Below, piece after piece: positions 1 to 10,523 of a DNA stretch of 64,000 bases. Location: NCBI GenBank assembly GCA_965214405.1, contig OZ243956.1, positions 4,160,001 through 4,224,000 of the forward strand, in the 5' to 3' direction. Each line of letters starts with the position of its first letter. Positions within the stretch are counted from its first letter, which is position 1. The notes beneath the pieces were generated by a model. That model was not told the origin of the DNA. It made no database searches and saw only the letters and a program-made list of their open reading frames with translations. The translations under genes and the position numbers were made by a program. This DNA comes from Trueperaceae bacterium (GTDB lineage: Bacteria > Deinococcota > Deinococci > Deinococcales > Trueperaceae).

Positions 1-1037
1 CAGTTCCGCAAGGTGACTTCCAGTTCGTGCTGGCTGAGGCAGAAATGACCGCAAATCCTAAGGGCAATGGCGATTTCCTAAATATGAATGCCAAAGCGGG
101 AAGTGATTGGGATCCGGGCACCTACGTCGAGATGGCCTGGTTTCAAACCTACGCTCATATAGATATAGCGCCTGTCACGGCTCAAGGATGGACTATGACC
201 AGCAATTCTCCTCCTACAGTCAACGGCACCACCAACGTAACCTCGAGCTCCAGCTTTAATATAGGTTTCAATACAGCTCAGGGTATATTCGGTTCCTACA
301 CATTCGGTAGTAGCGTTACCCACCCAATTCAAGACTGGAAGGTCACGAACGATAGCTCGGGGGTGAAGGCTTCTTGGGACTATAGCTCAGCTTATCCGCT
401 AGATGGTCTAGGCGATTACAGTTGTGCTGATCAGCCAATGTTTAGCCAACATTCGTGTTACATCGTAAAGAAACCCAACGACCTTTCCTTAGATACTTTG
501 ACGCTCGATACTAAAGGAGTTTGGCAAACCTCTAAAGTAGTAGATGATTCGGTGAGCTTTGCGCTCTCAAGTCAGCACGCTATGGCTGATGTTTGGTGTG
601 CTAATGATGATGGTTTTTTCTGCGACAGTAAGCCGATTATTGGGAAAGAAGGTAACCTTTCAGCCGTAGTTGTCCAGGAGAAAAGCACTAACTTTTCTAT
701 CAACCTCGGTGCCGTCGTGCCCATACCTATAAAGTCGATCACCTTCGACTCCCCGGCTACAACGACGCAACCAGCTCCAGCAGATAAACCGGTCACAGGC
801 ACTATTACTCTTGACAGTCCGGCTCAGGTCGACACACCCATTATGCTTGAGGTCGTTAGTCAGAATGTAAACGCCTCGGTATCAACGCCTATAACGGTCA
901 AGCAAGGGCAGCAAACCGTCGACTTCAAGATAAATACGAATGCGAATGGACTTAAGTCAGGAGATACAACTACCGTTACCTTAAACGCCTTTTACGCTGA
1001 GAAACGTGCGGTGCAATTCACGATTCAGGCACCCTGA
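1..1037 (+). CDS. 5'-partial Ser/Thr-rich beta protein; possible leukocidin/hemolysin-type beta-pore-forming domain plus C-terminal Ig-like domain
   Basis: ORF probably begins before the window edge. Segment SPPTVNGTTNVTSSSSFNIGFN...GSYTFGSSVTHPIQDWKVTNDS...W resembles the pre-stem/stem of beta-PFTs. C-terminus has an Ig-like TGTITLDSPA...FKINT pattern. Confidence 0.45.
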   Translation, partial: VPQGDFQFVLAEAEMTANPKGNGDFLNMNAKAGSDWDPGTYVEMAWFQTYAHIDIAPVTAQGWTMTSNSPPTVNGTTNVTSSSSFNIGFNTAQGIFGSYTFGSSVTHPIQDWKVTNDSSGVKASWDYSSAYPLDGLGDYSCADQPMFSQHSCYIVKKPNDLSLDTLTLDTKGVWQTSKVVDDSVSFALSSQHAMADVWCANDDGFFCDSKPIIGKEGNLSAVVVQEKSTNFSINLGAVVPIPIKSITFDSPATTTQPAPADKPVTGTITLDSPAQVDTPIMLEVVSQNVNASVSTPITVKQGQQTVDFKINTNANGLKSGDTTTVTLNAFYAEKRAVQFTIQAP

Positions 1038-1106
1038 TGGTTTCGCCAGTCGGTGCAAAGTCAACCCCTGCGCTCTAACAAGTGAAGGTGTAAAGGAGCC
1101 AGCCCC

Positions 1107-3938
1107 ATGCTACACCTAAAAGTAATCGCCTTATACACGCTCCTCCTGGCTGGCTGCCTGGTCCTGACGCTGGCTGCGTCTTCTCCCGCACCTGCCGCCA
1201 GCTCCGGTTTGCCTCTACCTAGTACCCTCGCCCTGCAAGGCTACGAAACGCAGCTCTACGCTTTTTTGGACGCGCGGCGGTACGAAGCGCTGGGCTGGGT
1301 CAAAGACAAACGCGTGCGCGACACCGGCCCCTTTATCGACGGTCAAGCCTACGGCACCCATCCGGCGGTGCGCATTTTCTATTCACCTGAGGTCTACGAC
1401 TGGTTGAAAGCGGGCCGCCCCGACGCCACCCCTATTCCCGATGGCGCGATGATCGTCAAAGAGATGTACACCCCGCCCGCGGCGCGCTACGGCGGCATGA
1501 CGGACGCAGATGTCAATAACAATATCTCCGGCTGGACGGTCATGGTTCGCGACAGTTCGGGCTCGAGAGACGGCTGGTTCTGGGCCTACTACGCGCCGGG
1601 GGAAGAGGTCGACACGAACGCCTACCCCTTCAGCTATCCCAACGCCGGGTTCGGGCAATACTGCGTGCGCTGCCACGCCTCGGCGGAGGGCGGGTTTACC
1701 TTTTCGTCGCTGCGCAACATCGAGGGCGAACCGGGCGAGCCCATCCAGTTCCGGGTGGACGACTCGTGGCTCGAGACCGACCCCGACGACAAGACGCTGC
1801 TGCTGCCGCACATCGCTCGAGCCGAAGCGCAAGACGCCCCGCCGGTGAAAGAAGTTAAACCCTTGAGCGAGCCCAACCCGGCCTTTTTGAAAACGTTTGA
1901 CGCCATCTCCGCTGTTGCTCCAGAAAGCGTCGTCAAGCTGCCGCCCGTCACCTTAGACCACGTGGTCGCCCCGGCCACGCCGCCCGACAGCCCCGAATTC
2001 TTCCTCACCTCCGACCAGTGCATGTCGTGCCACGACGGGCAGGGCGCACCCTTCGGCCCCAACATGTTCATCCCGGCGGACGAGACGCATCATGAAGCAC
2101 GTGGGGGGGTCAATCTGTCGCCTTTTGGTGAGTGGAACTGGTCGATGATGGGGCTGGCGGGCCGCGACCCGATTTTTTACGCGCAGCTCGAGAGCGAAAA
2201 CGCCCTCTGGCCGCCCCTGACCGGCATGATCGAAAATCTCTGCCTGCGCTGTCACGGCGTGATGGGCCAGAGGCAGTGGCACGCCGACGGCAACACTAGC
2301 GACTACACGCTCGACAAGCTGCTCATTGATAACGTGACCGACCCCGACCACGCCTACGGTGCGCTCTCGCGCGACGGTATTTCGTGTATGACGTGTCACC
2401 AAATCGTCGACGACGCGAAACCCTTGCGAGACATCGTCACCGGGCAGTTCGAGGTGTCGGGTCCGGTCGACGGCGTCACAAAAATCTACGGCCCCGTCAG
2501 CCAGCCCGCAACCCTGCCGATGGTCGCCTCGCTCGGCTTAGAGCCCCAGGAGAGCGCCTACATTTCGTCCTCGAGGGTCTGCGCGAGTTGCCACACCATC
2601 TTTTTGCCCGTGCTCGACGTGGACGGCAACGAGATCGGTAAGGGGTTCGAGCAGGTGACGTATTTGGAGTGGCTCAACAGCAGTTTTCAGGACGAACTCG
2701 GTACAGCACTTGGGAGCGGCAGCGACCCGCAGACCTGCCAGAACTGTCACATGACCGACGAATACCACGGTCAAAAACTGGCCTTTAAGATTGCCAACAT
2801 CCAAGACCAGACCTACCCGGAAGCCGACCACCTAGCTTCCTTGGACGATATCACCGTGCCCATCCGCGGGCTTGCGGGTGACACCTTGCCCCCCGACTTG
2901 AGCGAGCACGGCGACGAGAGTTTCAAGCGCCACACGCTTTTAGGCATCAACCAGTTCGGTTTGGAGATGTTCAACCAGTTTGATGAGATTTTGGGCGTTC
3001 GGAAAACGGACTACATGACGGGCTCGGCGAACGGTTTGCCGACTGCAATCGCCGAGAGTGACCGGCTTGCCAAAGAGGAAACGGCTACAGTGGAGATTTT
3101 GAACACCTCTTTTGAGGGCAACGTGCTTACAGCCGACGTCAAAGTCACCAACCTGACCGGGCACCGCTTTCCCTCGGGGGTCGGCTTCAGGCGGGCGTTT
3201 CTCGAGTTCAGCGTCACGGATGCTGACGGCGAGGTCGTTTGGGCGTCTGGACGCACCAACACGCTTGGGATCATCGTGGACGAGCAAAGTACCCCGTTGC
3301 CATCAGAATTTTTCGGGCGTGACCCGCAGACCGGTGAGCAGCTTTTTGAACCTCACTACCAGACGATTACCCGCCAGAATCAGGTGCAGATTTATCAGGA
3401 GCTGACGAAGAATCCGGCGGGCGTGTTTACCACCAGTTTTTTAGAGCGGCAGGACACGGTTAAAGACAACCGGCTGCTGCCCCGAGGCTGGACCGCGCAA
3501 GGTCCGGCGGGTTTCAAAGAGGCGTACTCGCCCGACCCCGCCGAGGCGGAAGAGGCGCTCGCCGCCACTCATCCAGAAGGTAATGTTCTCGAGGATGAAC
3601 GGTTCTTGGACGGCAGCGGCTCGGATGTCGTAACTTACCAGCCGACTTTACCGGAGGGGGTGCTCGAGGGCGTCGCCCAGGGCAGACCCTTGAGCGTCAC
3701 CGCCGCCCTTTACTATCAGGCCATCCCGCCCTCGTATTTACAAGACCGCTTTACCACGGCGCAGGGCGACCAGACGAAGCGGCTTTACTACCTGACAAGT
3801 CATCTCAACACACAAGGCACCAATATTAAGGATTGGAAACTGCTGACGGCTTCTGACAGCGTCCGAGTTGACAAGGCCCAAACTGACAACACCCAGGTTG
3901 ACAGTACCCAGACTAACAGTGCTCAGGGCTCGAGGTGA
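1107..3938 (+). CDS. Exported multiheme cytochrome c with N-terminal cytochrome P460-like domain
   Basis: Signal peptide; six CxxCH motifs (CVRCH, CMSCH, CLRCH, CMTCH, CASCH, CQNCH); P460-like IPDGAMIVKEMY...GWTVMVR...DGWFW; AAGGAG RBS. Confidence 0.8.
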   Translation: MLHLKVIALYTLLLAGCLVLTLAASSPAPAASSGLPLPSTLALQGYETQLYAFLDARRYEALGWVKDKRVRDTGPFIDGQAYGTHPAVRIFYSPEVYDWLKAGRPDATPIPDGAMIVKEMYTPPAARYGGMTDADVNNNISGWTVMVRDSSGSRDGWFWAYYAPGEEVDTNAYPFSYPNAGFGQYCVRCHASAEGGFTFSSLRNIEGEPGEPIQFRVDDSWLETDPDDKTLLLPHIARAEAQDAPPVKEVKPLSEPNPAFLKTFDAISAVAPESVVKLPPVTLDHVVAPATPPDSPEFFLTSDQCMSCHDGQGAPFGPNMFIPADETHHEARGGVNLSPFGEWNWSMMGLAGRDPIFYAQLESENALWPPLTGMIENLCLRCHGVMGQRQWHADGNTSDYTLDKLLIDNVTDPDHAYGALSRDGISCMTCHQIVDDAKPLRDIVTGQFEVSGPVDGVTKIYGPVSQPATLPMVASLGLEPQESAYISSSRVCASCHTIFLPVLDVDGNEIGKGFEQVTYLEWLNSSFQDELGTALGSGSDPQTCQNCHMTDEYHGQKLAFKIANIQDQTYPEADHLASLDDITVPIRGLAGDTLPPDLSEHGDESFKRHTLLGINQFGLEMFNQFDEILGVRKTDYMTGSANGLPTAIAESDRLAKEETATVEILNTSFEGNVLTADVKVTNLTGHRFPSGVGFRRAFLEFSVTDADGEVVWASGRTNTLGIIVDEQSTPLPSEFFGRDPQTGEQLFEPHYQTITRQNQVQIYQELTKNPAGVFTTSFLERQDTVKDNRLLPRGWTAQGPAGFKEAYSPDPAEAEEALAATHPEGNVLEDERFLDGSGSDVVTYQPTLPEGVLEGVAQGRPLSVTAALYYQAIPPSYLQDRFTTAQGDQTKRLYYLTSHLNTQGTNIKDWKLLTASDSVRVDKAQTDNTQVDSTQTNSAQGSR

Positions 3939-4133
3939 GACTTGAGACCCGCTCGAGTTCTGAATGGGGGCGACTACCGTATCCAGGTTCTCGGCAGGGT
4001 AACCACGCTTCCTCAACGTGAACCTACCGTGTTCACCGTAGATCCGACCCTACCCGAACGGTCAGGTCCCTCCTACCCGACCGGGTGATGCGCCGCCCCC
4101 ACCTCCGCCTCTACAGTAGAGGCGGAGGAAAAC

Positions 4134-5018
4134 ATGGACGCACAAGCCAATATATTCGTCAGCGCCATCGAAAAAGTAAGCCCCAGCGTCGTGCGCGTTG
4201 CCGCGAGGCGTTCGTACGACTTAAGCGGGGTGGTGTGGGAGGCGGACGGCGTTATCGTCACGACGAGCCGCGCCGTCGAGAGAGAAGAGGACGTCCGGGT
4301 CACGCTGGCGGACGGGCGAACGGTGACCGCGACGCTCGCAGGCCGCGACCCCGGCACCGACTTGGCCGTGCTCCGCGCGGATGTAGAAGGACTGACGGTG
4401 CCAGAGTGGGCCGACGCGGACGCGCTCAAGGTGGGGCAGTTTGCGCTTATCGTCGGGCGGCCCGGCGAGAGCGTGCAGGCAACGTCGGGCATCATGAGCG
4501 CCTTGGGTGGTGAGTGGCGGACTCGAGCGGGAGGCCGCATCGACCGCTTTGTGAAAAGTGATGCTAACACCTTTCCCGGCTTTTCGGGCGGGCCGCTCGT
4601 GAATTTAGAGGGCTCCATCTTGGGTATCAACTCCTCAGCCCTCACGCGTGGGGATTCGGTCACGCTGCCCACCTCTACGGTGCGGCGGGTGGTGGGGGCG
4701 CTGCTCGAGCACGGCGGGATGCGCCGCGGTTACTTAGGCGTCGGCGGTCAGCCGGTGCGCCTGCCGGAGAATTTGAGCGATACTTTAGGCAAGCGCGCAG
4801 GTCTCCTCATCACCTCCGTCGCGCCGGAGAGCCCCGCGGCGGACGCCGGTCTCGTTTTAGGCGACACGCTCGTGCTCTTTGACGGCGAGAGCGTCCACCA
4901 GCCCGCGCACTTGCTCGCGCTTTTGGACGAAACGCGCATCGGCAGAGCGGTTCCCGTCACGCTGGTGCGGGGTGGAGAGGTGCAAGAGCTTAACGTGACG
5001 GTTGGGGAGCGGACGTAA
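4134..5018 (+). CDS. Trypsin-like (S1C/HtrA) serine protease with PDZ domain, no signal peptide
   Basis: DPGTDLAVLR, PGFSGGPLVN...GINS, and C-terminal RGYLGV...SPAADAGL..GD PDZ. Confidence 0.85.
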   Translation: MDAQANIFVSAIEKVSPSVVRVAARRSYDLSGVVWEADGVIVTTSRAVEREEDVRVTLADGRTVTATLAGRDPGTDLAVLRADVEGLTVPEWADADALKVGQFALIVGRPGESVQATSGIMSALGGEWRTRAGGRIDRFVKSDANTFPGFSGGPLVNLEGSILGINSSALTRGDSVTLPTSTVRRVVGALLEHGGMRRGYLGVGGQPVRLPENLSDTLGKRAGLLITSVAPESPAADAGLVLGDTLVLFDGESVHQPAHLLALLDETRIGRAVPVTLVRGGEVQELNVTVGERT

Positions 5019-5128
5019 AGTTTGGCAAGACCCTATCAAAAGGCTCGGCACTCGAGTTTGGGCTTTAGAACTACGATAATCTACATGATGAGAAGCTTGC
5101 CATGTAGACTTTTCAGGACAAAACAACG

Positions 5129-6973
5129 ATGACTTCAACACGCTTTACAACCTTTAGAACTACGCTCTCCACCATGCGCCACGATCTCGTCACCACGGTC
5201 GGCATCGTGTGGGAAACGAGCCCGTTACAAACGCTCCTCATCACCTTACTAACGCTTGTGCAGGCTTTTTTCCCGGCGGCGAGCCTGTGGGTGAGTAAAC
5301 TCCTGCTCGACGCGGTGGCGCAGGCGGTGCAAGGGAATTTGCCCGGAGGCTTCGGGCAACTCGTCGGGCTCCTGGGGCTCCAAGTCGCCATCGGCGCGGG
5401 GTCCAACGTGCTCGCCTCAATCCAAGGCGCGTCGCGTGAGCTTTTGGGCGACGCGCTGCAAAACCGCATCAGCCAGAGGATTCTCACAAAAGCGGCGGGT
5501 TTGTCCGTCGAGCGTTTCGAGGACGCCGAGACCTACGACGCGCTGCGCAACGCCTACCGCGAGGTGGGCTCGAGGCCCTTAGGCGTCGCTACACAACTCT
5601 TATCGCTTTTCAGCGCCATCATCACCCTGGGCTCGATTGGCGCGCTCATGTCGCGGCTGGGTGGAAGCGTGATTCCTTTGATTCTTTTGGCAACGCTGCC
5701 GAGCGTGTGGGTCTCGAGCCGCTTCGGGGCCGAGGGCTACCGGATGATTCGCCGCCAGGCAACCGAGTCGCGGATGCAGAACTATCTAGGCATGGTGCTC
5801 ACCTCCGACACGCTTGTCAAAGAGGTGCGGCTCTTTGGCTTCGAGCGCTATCTGCTGGGGCGCTGGGACGGGTACTACAAAGTTTTCCGCGCGCAGCTCG
5901 TCTCGCTCATCACCCGGCGGAGCGCCTGGGGCCTGGGCGCGTCGCTCTTGTCGGCGGGGCTCATCGCGCTGGCGACGCTCTCTGTATTGCGGCGCGCGGC
6001 GCAGGGGGCGCTGACGGTGGGCGACTTCGGGCTTTTCGTTCAGGGCATCGCGCAGGTGCAGGGGCAGTTCTCGAACCTCCTGTCGGGCTTCTCGGGCATT
6101 TATCAGAACCTCTTATACATGCGCAACTTGTTCGAGTTTTTGGAACTTCCTGACCGTGATTTGAGTGCAGGCGAGACCTGGGAGGGTCCGGTTCACACCA
6201 TCACCTTTGAGAACGTGAGCTTCCGCTACCCACTGACCGAGGTGGACGTGCTCAAAGGCGTCTCGTTCGAGGTGCGCCGCGGGCAATCCTTGGCGCTCGT
6301 CGGGGAAAACGGCGCGGGCAAGACGACGCTGGTCAAGCTCCTCACCAAGCTTTACGAGCCCACGGGCGGGCGGATTTTGATTAATGGCCTTCCTGCGAGC
6401 CGCTTCAGCGCGCGGAGTTTACAAAGCCAAATGAGCAGCATTTTTCAAGACTTCGGCCAATACCAACTCACTGCGCGCGAGAACGTCGCGGTGAGCCGGA
6501 CGGACGCGATAGACGATGCGGACGCGGTGGCTAGGGCGGGCGACAAAGCTGGCGCGGCGGACATCGTCGGCGCACTCCCTGAAGGTTATGAAACGATGCT
6601 GGGCCGGATGTTCAAGGGTGGGCGGCAACTCTCGGGGGGGCAGTGGCAGCGTTTGGCGCTTGCCAGACTCTACTTCCGCGACGCTTCGGTCTTGATTTTT
6701 GACGAGCCCACCGCCGCGCTGGACGCCAATGCAGAATTTGAGGTAATTGAGACTTTACGCAAGAACGCGGCGGGGCGCATTACCGTCCTCATCTCGCACC
6801 GCTTTTCGACCGTGCGCTTGGCGGACCAGATTATCGTGCTTGAGGGGGGCGTCATCACCGAATCGGGCTCACACGAGGCGCTGTTAGAAGAGGACGGGAC
6901 CTACGCGGGGCTATTCAAGCTTCAGGCGCGGGGGTACGTGGAGAGTGCTAAGCTAGAAAGCGTTCACGTGTAA
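5129..6973 (+). CDS. ABC exporter, fused permease/ATP-binding protein
   Basis: N-terminal TM helices; Walker A GENGAGKT, signature LSGGQWQR, Walker B LIFDEPT, H-loop ISHR. Confidence 0.92.
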   Translation: MTSTRFTTFRTTLSTMRHDLVTTVGIVWETSPLQTLLITLLTLVQAFFPAASLWVSKLLLDAVAQAVQGNLPGGFGQLVGLLGLQVAIGAGSNVLASIQGASRELLGDALQNRISQRILTKAAGLSVERFEDAETYDALRNAYREVGSRPLGVATQLLSLFSAIITLGSIGALMSRLGGSVIPLILLATLPSVWVSSRFGAEGYRMIRRQATESRMQNYLGMVLTSDTLVKEVRLFGFERYLLGRWDGYYKVFRAQLVSLITRRSAWGLGASLLSAGLIALATLSVLRRAAQGALTVGDFGLFVQGIAQVQGQFSNLLSGFSGIYQNLLYMRNLFEFLELPDRDLSAGETWEGPVHTITFENVSFRYPLTEVDVLKGVSFEVRRGQSLALVGENGAGKTTLVKLLTKLYEPTGGRILINGLPASRFSARSLQSQMSSIFQDFGQYQLTARENVAVSRTDAIDDADAVARAGDKAGAADIVGALPEGYETMLGRMFKGGRQLSGGQWQRLALARLYFRDASVLIFDEPTAALDANAEFEVIETLRKNAAGRITVLISHRFSTVRLADQIIVLEGGVITESGSHEALLEEDGTYAGLFKLQARGYVESAKLESVHV

Positions 6974-7150
6974 GGGTGCGGGAGAGTCTGGCGGGGACCG
7001 CGTGAAGGTCTAGGCTGGTTCGTGTTTTCTCTGAAACCTTTTGACATTCAACCCAACGCGCCGATTCTCTCACAGAAACTTACGCCTCCTCCAAAACCTT
7101 TTTTTAATCCCTCAGACGCTCATTTCCTTTAGGAGAACGCATCCCCACCC

Positions 7151-8806
7151 ATGACCAAACCAGCCATCCTCACCGTTGACGACGACCCCCAGGTGCTAGG
7201 CGCGGTGGCGCGCGACCTGCGGCGCAAGTACGGGGGCGACTACCGTATCCTGCGGGCGGAGTCGGGCGCGGCGGCGCTCGAGACCGTCCGCGAGCTCAAG
7301 CGCCGCGACGAGCCCGTGGCGCTGCTTTTGGCCGACCAGCGGATGCCGCGGATGAACGGGGTCGAGTTTTTGACCGACGCCATGACCCTTTTCCCTGACG
7401 CCAAGCGCGCGCTTTTAACCGCCTACGCCGACACCGACGCGGCGATTGGGGCCATCAACCAGAGCAGAATTCACTACTATCTGCTCAAACCCTGGGACCC
7501 GCCCGAAGAGCGGCTTTATCCGGTGCTGGACGACCTTCTGGACGACTGGCAAGCGGGCTACCGTCCGACGTTCAAGGGGATTCACGTGATTGGCAACCGC
7601 TGGTCACCGGCCTCACACGACCTGCGCGATTTTTTGGCGCGGAGCGGGGTGCCCTACCGCTGGCTCGACGTCGAGGGGGAGGAGGCGGCGGAAAGGCTCG
7701 AGCTGGCCGGGCTTACCCCGGATGATTTGCCCGTGGTTTTGTTCGAAGACGGGACGGCGCTTGCTAAACCAACGGCGCTCGAGGTCGCGCAGCGCGCGGG
7801 TCTCGACACCCAACCGGGGGGCTCCTTTTACGATCTCGTCATCGTCGGCGCGGGTCCCGCGGGGCTCGCCGCGGCGGTCTACGGCGCGTCGGAGGGGCTG
7901 GGGGTGGTGCTCCTAGACGGCGAGGCCCCCGGCGGTCAGGCGGGCACCTCGTCGCGCATCGAGAACTATCTGGGCTTTCCCGCGGGGCTCTCGGGGGGCG
8001 ATTTAGCCCGGCGCGCGGTCACGCAGGCGCGGCGCTTCGGCGCGGAAATTATCGCCCCGCGCGAGGTTGAGCGCGTGACAACGGACGGCCCCTACAAAAT
8101 TGTGGCGCTAAAAGACGGCGACGCGTTGCGGTGTCACGCGCTCGTGATTGCCACGGGCGTGTCTTACCGCAAGCTCGACATCCCCGGTTTGGAAGGGCTC
8201 ACAGGCGCGGGCGTCTACTACGGCTCCTCGATGGCGGAGGCGGCGGCCTGCCGCGATGAGGACGTGTTCATCGTCGGCGCGGGCAACTCGGCGGGGCAGG
8301 CGGCGATGTATTTGTCAGGGCACGCGCGCTCGGTCACGATGGTGGTGCGCGGGAAGAGCCTGAGCGCGAAGATGTCGCAGTACCTGGTGGACCAAATTGA
8401 GGCGGTGCCCAATATCACTGTAAAGCTCGAGACCGAAGTGACCGAAGTCTTCGGCAACGGCAGGCTGGAAGCGCTCACCCTCACCCGCCGCGGTGAAGAC
8501 GGGGACGAACACGAGCGGGTGGAGGGGAGTTCGCTGTTCATCTTTATCGGCGCGTCGCCGCGGACGGACTGGTTGGAGGGAACCGTGGCGCGCGACCCGC
8601 GCGGGTTTATCCTCACCGGGGCCAATGGAACGCCGAAGGGGTGGCCCTTAGAGCGTGACCCCTATTTGCTCGAGGCGAGCGTGCCCGGCGTGTTCGCCGC
8701 GGGCGACGTGCGCGCGGCCTCGGTCAAGCGCGTGGCCTCGGCGGTGGGCGAGGGCTCGATTGCGGTGCAGTTCGTCCACCAGTATTTAGCTGAGGCGGGC
8801 GCGTGA
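7151..8806 (+). CDS. Response-regulator receiver / thioredoxin reductase fusion
   Basis: Receiver (VDDD, LLADQRMP, KPW); FAD motif GAGPAG; TSSRIENYLGFP; NADPH motif GAGNSAG; FAAGDVR. Confidence 0.9.
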   Translation: MTKPAILTVDDDPQVLGAVARDLRRKYGGDYRILRAESGAAALETVRELKRRDEPVALLLADQRMPRMNGVEFLTDAMTLFPDAKRALLTAYADTDAAIGAINQSRIHYYLLKPWDPPEERLYPVLDDLLDDWQAGYRPTFKGIHVIGNRWSPASHDLRDFLARSGVPYRWLDVEGEEAAERLELAGLTPDDLPVVLFEDGTALAKPTALEVAQRAGLDTQPGGSFYDLVIVGAGPAGLAAAVYGASEGLGVVLLDGEAPGGQAGTSSRIENYLGFPAGLSGGDLARRAVTQARRFGAEIIAPREVERVTTDGPYKIVALKDGDALRCHALVIATGVSYRKLDIPGLEGLTGAGVYYGSSMAEAAACRDEDVFIVGAGNSAGQAAMYLSGHARSVTMVVRGKSLSAKMSQYLVDQIEAVPNITVKLETEVTEVFGNGRLEALTLTRRGEDGDEHERVEGSSLFIFIGASPRTDWLEGTVARDPRGFILTGANGTPKGWPLERDPYLLEASVPGVFAAGDVRAASVKRVASAVGEGSIAVQFVHQYLAEAGA

Positions 8807-10212
8807 AGGCCGACTTTACCCACGTAACCGACTTCGCGGGCGCGCCCGAGGCGGAACTTTCGTGGTTCGCGGAGCAGTGTACCGAGCGGCGGCTAAGAGC
8901 GGGCGAGGTGTTTTTCGAGCAGGGCGAGCCGGTGAGCACGCTCCAGGTGGTGCTGGACGGCATCCTCCAACTCACCCGCCGCGAGGGCGGGCAGGAGGTC
9001 ACCTCGTTTACCATCAGCGAAGGCGAAGTGACGGGGCTCCTGCCCTTCTCTCGCATGACGCATTACGGCGCGCGGGGCGTCGCGCTCACGCCCGTGTGCT
9101 TGGCTGAATTCAGCGCGTCACATTTTCCCGCGCTCCACCGCCACGCGCCTACGCTCCTCCAGCGCCTCGTCTACTCGATGCTTGACCGCACCCGCGAATA
9201 CACCCGCTTGGGCGAACAGCGCGAACGGCTCGTGTCGCTGGGGACGATGGCGGCGGGTTTGGCGCACGAACTCAACAACCCCGCCTCGGCGGCCAAACGC
9301 GCGGCGCAGACGCTTGAAAAAACGCTTCAGGCTTTTGACGAGCACTCCTCTAGCGTTCTCAAAGAAGTTTTCTTCGAAGCTCCTCTTAAAGCGTCCGCAG
9401 ACGATCCCTTCGCGCCCATTTACGAGGCGATGACGCTGGAGGGTCCAGAAAACACGCTCGAGCGGGGTGATTTAGAAGACGACCTCGCCGACTGGCTCGA
9501 AAGCCACGATATCAACGAACCCTGGGAGGCCGCCGCCACGCTCGTCGCGGGCGGCTTGTCGCGCGAGGTGATAGAGCCTTTGGCCCAAAAAATGGTGCCG
9601 GAGCGGGTGCGGAATTTTCTCGAGTGGGTGCCCAAAGATGTCGAGATGCGGCTCCTGGCGCGGGAGCTGTTAGAAAGCACCAAGCGCATCTCCGACTTAG
9701 TCGGCGCGATGAAGGCGTACTCGTACATGGACAAAGGAGTTGAGCGAAAGCCCTTAGACCTCGCCAAGGGGATAGACGACACGCTCACCATCCTCAACCA
9801 TAAAATCAAAGGGAAAGACCTGACCATCGTGAAAGATTACGCCGATCTCCCGCTCGTGCCCGCTTACGGTGGCGAACTCAACCAGGTCTGGACGAATCTT
9901 TTGGACAACGCCGTCTACGCCGCGCCCGAGGGGAGCACGCTGACGGTGCGGACGCGGCTCGACACCCACGGCAATGCGGCCTGCGTGGAAGTTATTGACC
10001 ACGGCCCGGGCATCCTCGAGGAGGTCCAGCACCGCATTTTCGAGCCCTTTTTCACCACCAAGGGCGTGGGCGAGGGCACGGGGTTGGGTTTGGACATCGC
10101 CCACCGCATCGTCACGAAACGACACCTGGGCACCCTGCGCGTCTCTTCCAAGCCGGGAGAAACCCGTTTCGAGGTGCGCCTGCCTTTGGAACCAGCCGAG
10201 GGAGGAAGCTGA
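8803..10212 (+). CDS. Histidine kinase with N-terminal cNMP-binding domain
   Basis: LAHELNNP H-box, NQVWTNLLDNA N-box, DHGPG, FEPFFTTK, GTGLGL; overlaps the upstream stop. Confidence 0.9.
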   Translation: MKADFTHVTDFAGAPEAELSWFAEQCTERRLRAGEVFFEQGEPVSTLQVVLDGILQLTRREGGQEVTSFTISEGEVTGLLPFSRMTHYGARGVALTPVCLAEFSASHFPALHRHAPTLLQRLVYSMLDRTREYTRLGEQRERLVSLGTMAAGLAHELNNPASAAKRAAQTLEKTLQAFDEHSSSVLKEVFFEAPLKASADDPFAPIYEAMTLEGPENTLERGDLEDDLADWLESHDINEPWEAAATLVAGGLSREVIEPLAQKMVPERVRNFLEWVPKDVEMRLLARELLESTKRISDLVGAMKAYSYMDKGVERKPLDLAKGIDDTLTILNHKIKGKDLTIVKDYADLPLVPAYGGELNQVWTNLLDNAVYAAPEGSTLTVRTRLDTHGNAACVEVIDHGPGILEEVQHRIFEPFFTTKGVGEGTGLGLDIAHRIVTKRHLGTLRVSSKPGETRFEVRLPLEPAEGGS

Positions 10213-10523
10213 TGACGGATTCCGGCACGAACGCTAACAAAAATCCCGCACAAAACTCTCGCGTCACCCTTTACGGCACCGCCTGGTGCGAGGTTGCGAG
10301 GGACTTGCGCATCTACCTCACGCAGCAAAAAGTTGACTATACGTTTCTAAACGTCGAGAACAACCCCCAGGACGAGGCGGCGGCCCTGACCATGAACGAG
10401 GGCAAATACAGCGTGCCCGTGCTCGTCGTCGGGGAGAGGACGATGCGCAACCCCGATTTAGGTGTGCTGGGGCGCGAACTGCGTAAACAAGGTTTACTGG
10501 AGGACGACAATGGCAACCGATAA
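10212..10523 (+). CDS. Glutaredoxin/NrdH-like protein (single Cys, WCEVA)
   Basis: VTLYGTAWC...SVPVLVVG thioredoxin-fold pattern; translationally coupled to the kinase. Confidence 0.75.
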   Translation: MTDSGTNANKNPAQNSRVTLYGTAWCEVARDLRIYLTQQKVDYTFLNVENNPQDEAAALTMNEGKYSVPVLVVGERTMRNPDLGVLGRELRKQGLLEDDNGNR

